Shown: piece by piece, positions 41,187 to 42,422 of the stretch
Layout of the letters: each line of letters opens with the position of its first letter
Position numbering within the stretch: position 1 is the stretch's first letter
IMG/VR virus record: IMGVR_UViG_2534682157_000018
Direction: 5' to 3' (one strand)
Source of the DNA: a virus
Lineage: Duplodnaviria > Heunggongvirae > Uroviricota > Caudoviricetes
DNA length: 42,422 bases
Notes under the pieces: generated by a model
The model's database searches: none
Told to the model about the DNA's origin: nothing
The model's input: only the letters and a program-made list of their open reading frames with translations
Made by a program: the position numbers and the translations under genes

Positions 41187-42422
41187 ATGTCTAAATTACC
41201 AACAGGTGTCGAGATTAGAGGTAGATACATTCGCATCTGGTTCATGTTTCGAGGAAAACGATGTCGGGAAACATTAAAAGGCTGGGAGATTACAAACAGT
41301 AATATTAAAAAGGCCGGAAATTTAAGAGCGCTGATAGTTCATGAAATAAACTCCGGTGAATTTGAGTATTTAAGACGTTTTCCCCAGTCCAGCACTGGGG
41401 CAAAAATGGTGACAACGAGAGTCATAAAAACGTTCGGAGAGCTTTGTAATATCTGGACAAAAATTAAAGAGACAGAGTTAACAACAAACACAATGAAGAA
41501 AACGAAATCACAATTAAAAACACTCAGAATAATAATTTGTGAGAGTACCCCGATATCGCATATTCGTTATAGCGATATCTTAAACTACCGGAATAAACTG
41601 CTGCATGGAGAAACGCTTTACCTAGATAATCCAAGATCCAACAAAAAAGGAAGAACCGTGCGCACAGTTGATAACTATATCGCCCTGCTCTGTTCGTTGT
41701 TACGTTTTGCGTATCAGTCGGGATTTATATCAACCAAACCATTTGAAGGAGTAAAAAAATTACAGAGAAACAGAATAAAGCCTGATCCGTTATCTAAAAC
41801 AGAATTCAATGCATTAATGGAAAGTGAAAAAGGACAGAGCCAGAACTTGTGGAAATTTGCCGTTTACTCCGGGCTTCGCCATGGGGAACTGGCTGCTCTG
41901 GCGTGGGAGGATGTGGATTTCGAGAAGGGAATTGTGAATGTCAGAAGAAACCTGACGATACTTGATATGTTCGGTCCCCCAAAAACAAATGCGGGGATCC
42001 GGACGGTAACACTACTGCAGCCTGCTCTTGAAGCACTGAAGGAGCAATACAAACTGACCGGGCATCATCGCAAAAGCGAAATCACTTTTTATCATCGTGA
42101 GTACGGCAGAACCGAAAAGCAAAAACTGCATTTTGTTTTCATGCCCAGAGTGTGTAACGGAAAACAGAAACCTTATTACTCGGTAAGCAGTTTGGGGGCG
42201 AGATGGAATGCAGCAGTAAAACGTGCTGGTATTCGCCGCCGTAATCCGTACCATACGCGGCATACTTTTGCCTGCTGGCTGTTGACGGCAGGAGCGAACC
42301 CGGCGTTTATAGCCAGCCAGATGGGGCATGAAACTGCGCAGATGGTGTATGAAATTTACGGTATGTGGATTGATGACATGAACGACGAACAGGTAGCCAT
42401 GTTGAATGCGCGGTTATCGTAG
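41187..42422 (+). CDS. intR: tyrosine-type site-specific integrase
   Basis: 411-aa ORF with C-terminal catalytic region (...HTRHTFACWLLTAGANPAFIASQMGHETAQMVYEIY...); stop codon is the last three bases of the window. Confidence 0.8.
   Translation: MSKLPTGVEIRGRYIRIWFMFRGKRCRETLKGWEITNSNIKKAGNLRALIVHEINSGEFEYLRRFPQSSTGAKMVTTRVIKTFGELCNIWTKIKETELTTNTMKKTKSQLKTLRIIICESTPISHIRYSDILNYRNKLLHGETLYLDNPRSNKKGRTVRTVDNYIALLCSLLRFAYQSGFISTKPFEGVKKLQRNRIKPDPLSKTEFNALMESEKGQSQNLWKFAVYSGLRHGELAALAWEDVDFEKGIVNVRRNLTILDMFGPPKTNAGIRTVTLLQPALEALKEQYKLTGHHRKSEITFYHREYGRTEKQKLHFVFMPRVCNGKQKPYYSVSSLGARWNAAVKRAGIRRRNPYHTRHTFACWLLTAGANPAFIASQMGHETAQMVYEIYGMWIDDMNDEQVAMLNARLS

Overview
Almost the whole window is one lambdoid prophage of the E. 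coli Rac type, far more complete than the defective Rac of K-12 as I remember it. Late genes are on the minus strand, early-left genes on the plus strand. Left to right: lambda-like tail genes (J partial, I, K, L, M, tape measure, G/GT chaperone pair, major tail), head-tail joining genes, major capsid, scaffold, MuF-like protein, portal, terminase; cargo between terminase and lysis (GT-A glycosyltransferase-like + ParB-like pair, TrkG-like K+ transporter); phage-21-type lysis cassette (pinholin, SAR endolysin, Rz/Rz1); two paralogous lipoprotein genes between Q and the holin; Q-like antiterminator and nin-type genes; a Hok-family toxin gene; an AT-rich island with a NACHT-type STAND NTPase (the best candidate for a defence system here); replication genes (DnaC-like, YdaU-like with iteron-like repeats); immunity region (ydaT, ydaS, racR); then sieB, kilR, racC, recE, recT, lar, xis and int, which ends at the window edge (no att site inside). 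Eight reading-frame breaks in seven genes fall at or next to homopolymer runs, so they are more likely sequencing/assembly indels than real pseudogenes. All protein identifications rest on my reading of the translations and recalled sequences; no database search was run. No tRNA, rRNA or CRISPR array was seen.
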